A stretch of DNA of 64,000 nt, from contig NW_024704742.1 in NCBI RefSeq assembly GCF_018977255.1, positions 134,728,001 through 134,792,000 on the forward strand. Reading direction: 5' to 3'. The notes under the pieces were generated by a model, which saw nothing but the letters and a program-made list of their open reading frames with translations, was not told where the DNA came from and searched no databases. This stretch comes from Callorhinchus milii (lineage: Eukaryota). The translations under genes and the position numbers were made by a program. Position 1 is the stretch's first letter. Each line of letters starts with the position of its first letter. Positions 28,346 through 41,382 of the stretch are shown piece after piece.

Positions 28346-31300
28346 TGAAGTGAACAAACAGCAATGAAGTGAACAACCAATTTTATTTGTGGAGTGGAAT
28401 GGGGGGAGTCCCTTCGACTCGCCCTTTTCTTCGCCTCCTTCAAAGTCTACCTCAAGACTTCCTCTGTGAATTCCTGTGAAGCGTTTTGAGATATCCTTCT
28501 GCCGTGATAAGGCGCTATACCAAATGCAAGGATTATTATAAGATCTTTAATATACACCCGAATAGGCAAATAGGACCTTGGTTTAACGTCTCAGCTGAAA
28601 GAGTGCCTGTGCGACAATAACAACCACAAATTGCTTTAAACACAGCCCTTTCAATTTGTGTGTGTTTGTGTGACACTGCTGTGCGCAATTGTCTGCCATG
28701 TTTCACCCACAAAATGTACAGTCAATTCACTTTACATTATATTCTTTGAAGCTCTTTGAGACGTCTCAATGATGTTATAAAGCACTATATCAAATGCAAG
28801 GATTATTATCATTATTATTAACCCATTTGTAACTGACGAAATGTGTGCAGGACTACCAAGTTAGTAAAATTTTGCCCGTGCAACTCATTGTGGATCTATT
28901 TGGGACGTGTAACGCAGGGGGTTTTCGTGGCATGAAATGCATTTAATAGAGGTTTGATGAAACAGAACACATTGATAAAGGATTGCACAAACCATAGCCG
29001 ACCTTCAATGGTCAAATGAACGAACAAGAACAATGTCCTCACACGTAGTCTAGGCTGATAGTGTAGTGTCTGGGGAACTCCAAGACATTATTAATAGTAG
29101 ACCAGCCAACCTGGCTCATTATCAGGTCTAGTGCAGGCAAAATGGGCCAAGTGGCCTTGATTTGTGCTGTATATTTCTATGGTTCTATATAATAATATTA
29201 ATAATAAAATAATAATTCTTGCATTTGACATAGTGCCTTATCACCTCTTTGAGACTCTCAAAGCACCTCACACAATATATTGTAAGGTGGATTGTGGGTG
29301 AAACGCGCCAGTCAATCGCGCACAGCAGCGTATCACAAACACTTGTGGATTGAGTGTATCAAATGTAAAGATAATAATTATAATATAAATTCTACAAAGC
29401 GCTTTGAGCTGTCCTCCCGACGTGAAAGGCGCCGTGTCAAATGTGAGGATCAAAGATGATGTGTTACTATTTTTAATAGCTCCTATGGGCAGATCTAATG
29501 ACTGCAAGACTGCAAATGCATCTTTCCACTTAGCTTGTTTGAAAAATGAGCTGTGCCACATAATTATACATTCCACCGGCAAGTCAAGCCTTTACCGAAA
29601 ATGTGACTCAGTTTACAGGATGCACTTTGTAAGGTGTGTGTTGATGCGTGTGTGTGTGTGTCATCTTTCCTTCTCTTTAACCCTTTCACACTGGAAACGC
29701 AGAGCACATCAATGCAAGCATCTGCAAGAGAAAGATGGGTTAATGTTTTGGCTTGGTAGACAGAGGTCTGAGGATATGTCTGAAATCCCACTGAGTCTCA
29801 GCCGGTTAAAACCATTTTGCATTAAAATTTGAGGCCACGCACAATTCTAGCAAATTCTTACCATTCAGTCGTAATTTAGAAGCTGTTTTTTATAATTATA
29901 ATAATAATAGTAATACTTGCATTTGATATAGCTCCTTATCATGTCGTTGAGACATCACAAAGTGCTTCACAGAATATACCGTAAAGGAGGATTGACTTTT
30001 TTTGTATTTTGTGGGCGAAACGTGGCAGCCAATTGCGCACAGCAGGGTCCCACAAACGGTCTCAACGACGTGATAAGGTGCTATATCAAATGAAAGGATT
30101 ATTATCACATGATGCTTCCCCAAGGGTCTCCAGAGACTCGCACCCTGGCTAGCTTGATTTTCTCGGTTGTCCGGGCAACTGACTAGTGCTTTGCTGGATT
30201 GGCCTGTCGTTCATCTGAAGCATCTACTCTCTTTGCACTTCTGTCAAGTCGAGCTTCTGTAACAAGTAGATTAAAATCCCCAAATTGTATATAAGTGGCC
30301 TTTTGGTCCTAAAAGAAGAAGTGGATAATGGAGTAAGGAAGAGGGCTGCTACACAAAGGATTACTTTGCAGCTTCAAAGAGAAGAAAGGAACTGAGGGAT
30401 TAGTGAGAGTGAACATTAACTTGTGGTCTGCCGAGTTCTGTCCCTTTTAGCTTTACCCAAAGCAAGAGAGTAAGTTTCTCCCAAGAGTATCCGGAAAGTA
30501 GTGTCTAAGATGCCTGGGTCTGTACAAATGATGTTCAAATGAACGACCGTTTTCTCTCCCGATGGATCAAGTGGCCTACCAAACACACCACTTCTTTGGT
30601 GCAGAAAGTTATGTGGAGAGGGAAGGAGGGGTGACAGCCGAGAATTGGATCAATCTGGTGAGTGAGTCATTAATTGCAAGGCATCCGTTTGAGATCATTA
30701 CCAAAATACCTTTTTTTGGATGGGGGGAGGGGGGGGTGGGGTTTGATCAGACAGGTGTCTGACACACGTGGAAACCCATTACTGGGCTTAAGAGAATCCA
30801 AACCAAACTGAGAGTTTCATACATCCCACCTATTCCTGTGCATGCATGGAATACACACTCTCTCCCCACATTCTGCTTACCCAGGTTCAGAGAGTATTAG
30901 GTGCAGGTTGGCAAGAGCCAAGGCTTGGGATCCCCAGAGTGTGCGTTGGGGTACTGCCTAACTGTCTAACCAGCGAACGTCGCATAGCTTGCCATTGATA
31001 TTGTTGTCCGACAAGCTTTCCCGCTGCTTGTCCAGCTAAGATAACCCTACCTATTAGAGCCTTGGCTTGATTCGATTCCCAGGCAGGGAGAAATCTTAGG
31101 CAAGTTTCCTTACTCCACACATTATATTATCCCATCCGGTCAACCACACCTATAGCTATTTCTCGCTTTTCCCTACCAACTCCCTCGCTCAGCAGTCGAT
31201 CTCATCATTGGTAAGAGCTCCAAGACTCTACTCTACATGAAGGTCCCTATATCAATGCAATTTGTTGTTCTCTCTCTGTCTCTCTCTCACTCCCACCATC

Positions 31301-31363
31301 ACCATCTCCCCAACCTCTCGATTAAGAAACAAACTCCAATTCAGTCTGAATGAATAAAAGCAG

Positions 31364-31369
31364 TTTATT
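31364..31369 (-). terminator. ONECUT2: Candidate distal ONECUT2 poly(A) signal
   Basis: TTTATT on + at the edge of a unique-sequence block; U/GU-rich sequence follows on the - strand, then repeats begin. Confidence 0.6.
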
Positions 31370-34300
31370 GGACACTAATTGCAGAATTTACAGCACTACC
31401 ATTTGATGATAGCGAGAATTAAAGTTTTTTTTCAAAGAAATCAAAAAGAAAAATGAAAGACAAAACAAAAATAACAACAAAAAAACAACATAACAGTAGC
31501 ATGATGCAGGAAGAACACCACTGTGTCTAATGGAGGGCGTATTTATTTTCCAAATACCAAGAACAGTGTACGGGACAAGCAACTGAAACTAAACTGGAAA
31601 AAGGACTGGGAACCTTTGCGAAGGCTTTTAAAGTGCCCGGATACGTCAACAGCAACAACGAGGAAAGCTTAAAAACTATGCAATAGTTGAAACATGTAAC
31701 AGATACAGCATGTTGTAACTCGCGTTATACACAGCTACGGATATTGCACAGCAGTCAGGCGCAAATATTAAGCTTAATAAATAATAATAATAATAATAAA
31801 AAAGGACAATCACGCACACGCAAGGAAGAGGAACTTAACTAACAATCAGCAGTGGGGCTTGCAATACAATTCAAGAAGTTTGTGAGTTCACGCTATATCT
31901 TGTAACTACCAATAGTGGGCAAAAGTAAGTCCAATTAAATTATTAATCAGATTGGCTCTGCCTATCCACGTTCTAGAATACTGATCACTGAAATCAGTAG
32001 AATTTTTGCACAAGTTTCAATTCTCCATAATTTTGGGGGGAAAAATCGTAAGGGAAAGCTGCATTATTTTAATTTTTTTGCATAGTCTTTAAGGAACGTA
32101 CGGGCTGACGATAACAGATTGCTGGTGATGTCGTTTGCTGCAGTGTGAACCACAAAGTTAAGTAGAACGGGAAACTCAGTGGTAGCTCGTTGGAAGGCTG
32201 AAAAGATGGAGAGCTCAGAAGTACCATTCACTGGGGACTGACAACTACTGTCCTTGGTCGGCAAAGGTGGCCATGCTTAAACGATACAATACAATTTACA
32301 TTTATACAGCGACTTTCACCTGGCAAGAAAGTCTCAAAGCGCTTGATAGTGCTGGCTGGGCACCTGAGCTGGGGTGGGAGCAGAAGAGGATTGTGGAGGG
32401 AAGAGATGCCCAAAAGGGAGGTCAAAGAAGTATGTCTTGAGACATGCCTTGAAAGAAGGGAGGGGAGGAGCGAGTTGGAGGAACTCTTGGGTGGAATTCT
32501 GGAGAGCGGGTGTAGAATGGCTGAAAACTCACCTGTCAACAATGTGGTCAATAAGCCCAGGGATATGAAGGAGGCTGGTGTTTACTGACCTGACCAGGGT
32601 ATATTGGGAGGAGGGGGTTGATCTGGCCAATCAAAATGTGATTTTTTTTACAAAATAAAACAAACGCAATAAGCAGGCAATTTAGGGGCATTTCAGAATT
32701 AACTTTTGATAATTATCAAAAATGGCGTGGATTGAAACTCCATAAATTTCACCCCATCAAAACAGCTGTAAAAGATTAGATGGAATCACGAAGGCTGTCA
32801 ACGGGACAGAAACAGGCCATTCAGCCCAATTAGTCCAAGCCTGAGTTTATACTCCTCACGAGCCTTCGCCTCTCCTGATCCCCTCTCATACAGCCCTCTA
32901 TTACCTTCTCCCTCAAGTACTGTACAGTATGCCAAAGGTAAGAAATGTCTCAAGCCCTACAATATTACTCTGGAGATTTATTCCCTTGTTATCATCTCCG
33001 AGAAACTATCCAATATGAAGGACGCTAGATAAATACAAGTTGTTGCTGTTGTTAGTGTTGGAGCTGATTTCCTAAAAGCCTCCTATCAGCTAAGAGCATT
33101 AATGTTTTCTTCCCCACCCCCGGGTGACCTCTATGCACTAACTCCCCTTAAACATTTCTTTAGACTCCAATAAAGTCCCCAGTTGGATCAGAATAACCTT
33201 GCCGACCCAATTACATGTAGTATTTATAGATGCAATGAGGATCCCATTTTTAAAATGTTATTTCCACTGTGTGTTTATCTCACTGAATCAGCTGTAACAT
33301 CCATTAGTACTCGAGCATCCTTTAGTGGTTTAGTGGTTCAGACTCATTTTATGGACTACACAGTATTGTGAGTGGGCAGATTGGAGATCAGAAGCTGGGA
33401 TCATTAAGTTGGGACTGAGTGGCAGCTGTAAAGTGAGGGAGTTTTATTAAAGGCAAATTTGCTTTCCACAGCCTGTGGGGATAATAAAACTTTTAAAAGG
33501 GGGTGATCGACAAAACAAGGAAACCTCCATTGTAGAGGCGCATTTATCAAAAGAATTGAATAGCAATAATAATAATAATTGCATTTGATGTAGCGCCTTA
33601 TCACATTGTTGAATGTCTCAAAACCCTTGACAGGATCTGCTGTAAAATGAAATGTGTGTATTTGTAGGAAAACACATTCAAATACCATAAGTGCAGCCAT
33701 GCCAAAGCGATGGATAAACATAATCAATTGTTATTCAGGATAGCTTTGATTTGAGGGGATGGGGCAATGTGCTCTGGCTCTTTCTATGAGTTAATTTCCT
33801 TTAACCCTTTTGGTTTTAAAGACTATGGGGCATTAATGTAAGATAGCTGGCACCAGATCTAATAGGAAGTTTAGGAGGAACTTCTTCATGCAGAGTGTGG
33901 AAGCGGTGTTCAAAGTAAATAGCATCAACGCATTTAAGAGAGTGCATGCATGAAGCAGAAGCGAATAGAGGGAAATAGGAGAGAGGAATGGTATGAAATA
34001 TGAACACCAGCACAAACTATTTGGGCCAAATTGCCTGTTTCAGTTCTGTTTGTAACTATATGTAACTCAACACAACTTGCATTTAAATTTAACACTTCAT
34101 TCTGAGATCATGTGCACAACTGAGATAAATCGTCAGGTATATCCAGCCTTAAGCAAAATCAAACAACACTGGAGAAATTACGGATCACCAACTACCCTGT
34201 GAGGTGCTTTGAGATGTGCTCCTGACCTGAAAGGCGATATGTTAAATGGAAGGATTATTATTATTATCATCACAAGAAATGGAAAAATCAAGCAAAGAAG

Positions 34301-37300
34301 AAGAGGGGATTTGATGTTGAGTAAGAAATAATTGGTGATTGCAAACAGGAATCACTGATAAATGTCCAGCCAATCTATTAGGGCACTGGCTCCCAGGGCT
34401 GAGGACAAGTCAACATCTCCAAGTCTCATTAATAAGGCAGAGAAGCTAATCAATCAGCAACAATGCTTCAAATTACCAGCCTTATCCATTCAATACCTCC
34501 CATTTACCCTACCTTACCTTATCACATGGATATGCATTTAGACATAGTACTCATTTCGTTCAACACAAAAAAGGGTGAATCCATTTGATCCTAAAACCTT
34601 CTGGTCTCAAAAACCAACGCTCAATTCACAGAACTGCTCAGATGTTTTGAAAGAAATCTGGGAGGGGGTACAGAGATCTACAACAACAGCTTGCATTTAT
34701 ATAGCGCTCTTACGAGGGGCAGTGTCTCAAAGCGCTTGACAGTGGCAGAACGCGATACCAAGCTGGGGGGGGGGGAGCGGGGAGGTGACCGTAAGCACAG
34801 TCGAAGAGGGAGGTCTTCATTCCGGATCTAAAAGAGAAGGAGGGGGCAAGATGGAGGGATTGGGGGAGAGAGTTTGGCTTTGGCGTCTGTGGCTGAAAGC
34901 GCGGCCACAGTTGTTGGAGCAGACGGGACAATGGACAAGTAGGAGGCCATTATCAAGGCGTGATGGATCAATGGACAGCCCTTGTATCCTCTATCAAGAG
35001 AGCAGAGACAGCCCTTGTATCCTCAAGCGTTTTCTACAGACCTGAACACAGGTTGTTTACTCCCCTTGCACACCCAACTTTTGTTCAATGTTCTGCCAGT
35101 CCGGGAGAATTCACTGCATAACAAGGACATCACCAGCAATACATATCTTTAAGCAGATTGAGAAGTGCACATGGAAAAGAAAAGTTACAACAAAAAAGAA
35201 ATTCTAGTGATCTCTTCTCTCGAGTTTTACCAAAAGAATGGACTTTTCATTTTCTGAAAATGGGGAATAATCTCTGGGGAATAATCTTGAACATTCATTG
35301 TCTTGAGTTGCCCTCAAGGTACCTGATTGCTCCAGTAATTTGGCTAAATTATTGTATTAAACACAATGTACATGTATGAGAATATGAATCAGCTTATAGC
35401 TATGAGACTTTGCAATCAGACCAAATTCAACATAAAGTCAAAGAAAATGAATTAAAATGAATAACACCAAAACTCTACAGTCAAACCCAGCCACCTTCAA
35501 ACAGCCAGTGATGGTAAACTGATATTTTCTTTTGTCACAGAATCAAGACTTGCAACATTACTGTCAGAAACTGTTCTTCAGATGCATAATTCGCGCAAGC
35601 TGTTAACACTGTCAACTGAATAGACCATCAACTGGGACTGAATGACTGACAGTGCACAGTGAGACACAATGACCTTCAGATGTGGGTTTGTAGTGGGTGG
35701 GGAGGAAATTCTCTGTGGGTCCAAAGCCAATCCCATTCACAAAATGTTCCTGACACCAATCAAGAAGGATTTCTGTTGTCAGAGCTCACAAGGGTTCTGT
35801 GGACCTCAAGAGCACTTTCAAGGTGCTCAGTCCACAGCTTGGTAAACCTATTCCACAGGTACAGCTGACATTAACACTGCACTGAGTGTGGCCTCCCCAC
35901 CTTTACAGCATCACAAAGTGTACATGGTACAACCCAAGACCAGCTGTGAAGGGTGCATTCATTTTGCAATGGGTGGTCTTTAAGAGAAACCCTTGAACAC
36001 TCGACCCGGGATGGTCTCTCTGAAAATAACTGCATTCCCAACCCTTTTTCAAGGCATCCCATTACGCTGTGGCCAGATGTTTGAAGAAGAACGACCGCAA
36101 CTTTAGCTTCTTGGATCTCAGTCCTCAACTTGAAGGCTGGCCAGGTTGGAGAGATGAATGCTTACACACAAATGGGGCACACAAATTATTACATCATTTG
36201 GCAGGTTGCCATGAAATACACCGGTTACAATTTCAAATAAATAATTTTCCTATAAGTTGAAAGGGGGAAAAGCTAAAGCTATTACAGACATTAATCTTCT
36301 CACATCATTTAATACCATAATTACAGTATTAAAGAAACATTCCTTCCTGGCACGACCAACACCTAAATTACCATTTGAGAAACCTGATTGAGGGAGTAAT
36401 ACACTCCTTTCAATTCCCCCCCCCCCCATTTTTTTAAGAAATATAAATGAAGCACTGTGCATCCTCCCCCAAAAAGCTGTGAATTAATTGTGAAACTGCC
36501 ATTTATAAAGGTTTTTATTTGACCCTCATGAATAGCGAGTGCACAAATTATAATTAATGCAATTCAAAAGCAGCAGCTAATGATACCAGGCACCAAGCAA
36601 GCATCCTTATCAGTGAATATCCAGTTAAATCCTGCCCCCGCTGCCCTCCCCCCCCCACCCTCCCCAATATTACATACAATAAGAGCCACACTGCTGAATT
36701 ATGCTTGGGACCTTTTTGCATCTTCTCCCCCATACACAAAAAAAAATGATCACAGTGCTCGTTTTATGAAGGAATGCTCTTTTTTTTAAAACCAAATTTT
36801 CATCCAAATGTAACACCATGGAAAACATTTTAAGATTAAATGAAAATGTGTCTCTGGGAAAATGTACATAAACCGTGCTGCGTTCTGTAGCCATAAACAA
36901 AGACATTAAAGTCTCGGTGACTGAATGCTATCAAGCCATGAGGCAATCATTGACTGTATTACAACACAACAGACTTCACTGGGACATCAGTTTGTAACTC
37001 ATCATCAGATGGAACTTTACATTGATGAAAATGCTTAATTTTTCTTTATTTGAAAAGAGCGTGCAATTCAGACGTTCAAACATTCCGTGATATCGGACAA
37101 TAACAGCAATGATTTTGAAGAGGGACTAGGATTAGATCTCAGAGGAAGTAATAAGCCTAAAACATCATTGTAAAGGTATAACAGCAATTCGCAACTCATG
37201 TCCCCATCATAGGGCAACAGCATCAGTAAATCCTGCTCCTGATGTCACAGCGATACAATTACAATTACTCCGGCTGAGCCCCAAAAAATTTGGTAAACAA

Positions 37301-39354
37301 TTTGTTCATTTGACTTTTCAATCCAACTTGCCATTTTCCAGGCTTTCCGTATTTCATCTTATGAAGACCCTCGTTAAATATGGGGGATTTAACGAAGAGA
37401 CAGATTTTCTTTAGAATCACTGAGTTGCAAGCTAAGAGGCGAGTGGTGATCTACTCTTAACAGCCCTTTACTGCGTTGGAGTTACGTGTTGGAGTTTGAA
37501 AGACTTTCAGAAATACACTGAACAAACACGGAAGAAATGAACCCACAGCAGTTTTTTGGGGTTAGTACTTCATCACTGTTTGCAAAGTAGCTTTATGAGG
37601 AAACATTGCTTACAAAAGATATCAACCCATTACCCTCCCTGTGCGCACACACACACACACACACCCTGCTCACCCTCTCAGGACTGCTAAAGAATTTCTG
37701 CACCTCATTCAAAAACATAACAAGGCAAACAAAATAAAGGATTTAATTCCAAGCATATCACAATACGCTTAAGAATTTGCTCTTTGGTTCTGCTCATTTC
37801 TGTAATTCTACTCAAAAGGCATCCAGCATTAGTTATTTACAGATAATCTGTCCCTGTAGATTTTCTGACTGAAGAACGACACAACACAAGCATTTTGAAG
37901 GGTGAATTAAAAGCCTTTCAGTGCTCAGAGGGTTAAGCGGGTATATAAGTGGTTGTACTTGTGATTAGTTACCACTTGTCATTATCTCAGTAGCATTAGC
38001 AACACAGTGGAGATCTGGCTATAATTTTCCTTGACCACTCTCTGTTGCCAAAACCTCCATTAACAACTGCAGTGACCTTGTGAAAATCTGGCTCCTGCTT
38101 TGTCAAATGTACAGACTGCCATTATTTCGGGCTTTACAATGTACTTTTTGCTGACGGGGTAAGAATGCCAATGTCAGATTGCTTTTAAGGGGGGGGAATA
38201 AATAGTTCTGCTACAACATACACATAGTTACCACACGTTTTAATATATCCAGTGAAGATGTTTGAGATATCTACCTGATGTGAAAGGCACCAAACCAAAT
38301 GAAAGGATTATTATTATTTCTTATTAAAGGCATTGACACAAAGCACCAACACAGGTGGTTGGAGAAGAAACTACAAGATGGGTGGGGGGGGGAAACAAAT
38401 TGCTACAATAAATCAGGCTTATTTGTTTTAAAGATAAGCGGGGAGTTTCTCCTGGTTTCCTGGCCAACATTCCTCCAGATAAAATTGATCATCTGAAGGA
38501 ACTTACAGTTGCCTGTGGGATCTTTTGACAAATTGGCTACTGCATTTGACTACAAAACAGACATCACTACATTTGGTAACAATTCCCTGTGAGTCTTTTT
38601 GAGATGCTATGATGTTGCAAGTCCTACATCGAACGTAAGGTTTACCATTATGTTGGATAAACGAATACATCAATGGAATTTGTAGGAAATTGGATGGGTA
38701 AATTAGATGAGGATCGATCTGTAATTATTAACCATGTTACCTGGTTTAAGTCAAGCAATTAAGCGGTGATCTATCTACAAGTGAAAGGGACAGGTTTTAT
38801 TTGGAAGTAAAAAAAATCCAGATTTTTAGAAAGAAAGTACATGCAAATGAAATTGATTAAGCATTATCTAATGATGAGATACATGTGTTAAAGGAATCTA
38901 TTTGGATTTTGGATGGGTAGTGAGATGGATCAATGTTCTGCTCCTGATTGAAACTAGTGGTTATTAGTAAATACCCTGATTTTAAATCCCACATGCCCTG
39001 GCACCTCCCTACCTTTCCTGACCTGCTTTCTTCCCACTCCACTACCCGCTGCCTCAGCTCGGCTGGCACTGGCCTCCTGCTTGTCCCTCATCCCCTCCTT
39101 TCCATCATCAGCGGCAGTGCTTTCAGCCACTAAGCCGCAAAGCTTTGGAACTCCCTCCCCCAATCCCTCACCTCCTTCCCTTCATGACTTAAGACCTTCC
39201 TCTTCGACTGTGCTTACTGTCACCTCCTCTCTCCCCCTGGCTCAGCGTCACTGTTAGTTTCTCCGAGAGGCTGCCCTGCATGAAAGATGCTATATAAATG
39301 CAAGTTGTTGTTGATTTTCTCAGCTTTAAACTTGATCAGAGCGAACCTAAAGAG

Positions 39355-39585
39355 GATTGATATTTCACGTTATCTTAGCCAGTAAGACCATTCTGTCCTC
39401 AAATGTAAGATTGCGGAGAACTGTGGACAATCCCTGAAAACTGTCTTAATTTAGACATCAGTTTTCTTAAAAAGAACCAGCTTCTGAATTAAGACTGAAT
39501 TTAAGAATTTTTCACAATTTTGATCTTACATTTTAGGACAGGAGAACATGGTCCTTCAGGCTAAGATTAGATGGAATTTCAGGCC
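39355..39585. mobile_element. Long imperfect palindrome, MITE-like
   Basis: Nested inverted pairs atcttagcc/ggctaagat, ctgtcctcaaatgtaagat/atcttacattttaggacag and gtcttaatt/aattaagac. Confidence 0.75.
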
Positions 39586-41069
39586 ACTCTAATGTTGTAA
39601 GGGGCAACGATTAGACAAGCTCGGGCTCTTCAGTCTCGGTAGAAAGTGTCTCAGATTGGACCTTATGGAAGTGTATAACAAAAGGACATAGATTAAGAGT
39701 TGCAAAACTCAATTTCAAGAGAGAAACCGGGAAGTTTTTCTTTACCCAGAGGGTAATTAATGCCTGGAACAGTTTGCAGGGAGGATCTGGTGGAAGCCCC
39801 ATCACCATCACCATGCTTAAGGACTGAGAGTTCCACAAATGGGTGAAAACGTCCATTTCCTGAATCGAACACAGTCAGTTTATGTCTCTCTATGCTGCTT
39901 GGAACGCAACTGGTCACATTGCCACTGCAGTGCACATCAGGTTCCAAGCTGACCTTGTTTTTATTTTAAACTCAGCATGACTCATGTTCCCAAGTTGATC
40001 TCTCCGTGCAGAACTATTTTCCCCAGCTGCTCAGTTGGACATTCAGATCGGCTCCAGTAGATTTAATATCACTTGAACATTACTTGATGTTCTTGATGGC
40101 ACCCACTCTCCCATTGAAGACTTGCCAGAGCCTGTCCTATCTAATGGGTCTATTTAATGTTTACAGTTCTTAGCTAGGTTTATCAGATTAACGGTGGGGA
40201 GGAATGGGAGGGGAGGGAGTGGGGGGAAGAATCTTCAATTTTAATTTGGAAGTTCTTAAAAACAAACCCAACTTCCAAACTGCAGCCTAGTTTAAGATTC
40301 TCCGCCATGGAATGTAAAGCAAGTAGGAATTGCGAGGAACAATTGACACAAATAAATATTATGGGCAGGAAAGTTTCCGTAAAAGTAACGAAAAACATGA
40401 TTATGATGGGATTTCTGTAACAATTTGTTTGTGGTATGAAAGGGAGGTTCAATAAATGAAGACACTCTCCATCAATCAAATACATAATATTGCTTACTTG
40501 GATTTACAAAGAATTATGCTAAAACAAAGACATATAATAGTTAGTATGTTAAACTTAACAAGTGGCACAAGCATATCTATATGGATGGACTAAGGTTGTG
40601 AGAGGTTGGAAGGTTAAAAANTTAGGGCTCTTTTCACATCCTTTAAAATTTTCCCGGTACCTTGGGACATACTCCCGATGTGAAAGGCACTATACAAATG
40701 TAATTTTGTTGCTGTTGTTCTACAATCATTAATTCCTTTAACCCTTAGAAGAATATAACACTGGCATTCTCTGAAACAGTCACAAATTGTTCATTTGAAT
40801 CCCTGTAAGAATAAGATTTAGGCAAAATCCAATCGTGCATCAGTCAATAATAATGAACTCCCTTTCACTCAGTATTGATTAATGCACAACACACATAGCC
40901 TTTGCATCAACTCACATCTCCTATGATGTACTTCACGCCTTTTTTTGTAACAAAATAAACTTTGGGTATAATGCATACAGAGGCCTGAAGTTCCACCTTC
41001 TCTTAGCCTGTGAGCCCATGTGGTCTTAAAGTTGAAGACTGCTCGGATTAACGTGGGAAAAAGATCTTA

Positions 41070-41382
41070 AATAATAATAATAATTCTTACATTTGACCTA
41101 GCGCTTTTCACGTCTTCTAGACGTCTCAAAGCACTTCACAGAATACATTTCAAAGTGAATTGACTGTATATTTGTGGGCAAAACACGCAGCAAATTGCGC
41201 ACAGTAATGTCCCACAAACAGCCGTGGATTGAATTGATCAATTTATTATTGTTTTTTTTTGAGGGATTATTATTAAGCGTGTGGAGTAAGGAAACTTGCC
41301 CAAGGTTTCACCCTGCCGGGAATCGAACCCAGGTCTCTCACTTGCAAAGCAAGTGTTCTAATCAATGAGCTACAAGACTCCA
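41070..41382 (-). mobile_element. Full-length tRNA-SINE inserted inside a MITE
   Basis: Complete head to tail on the - strand. Confidence 0.9.
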
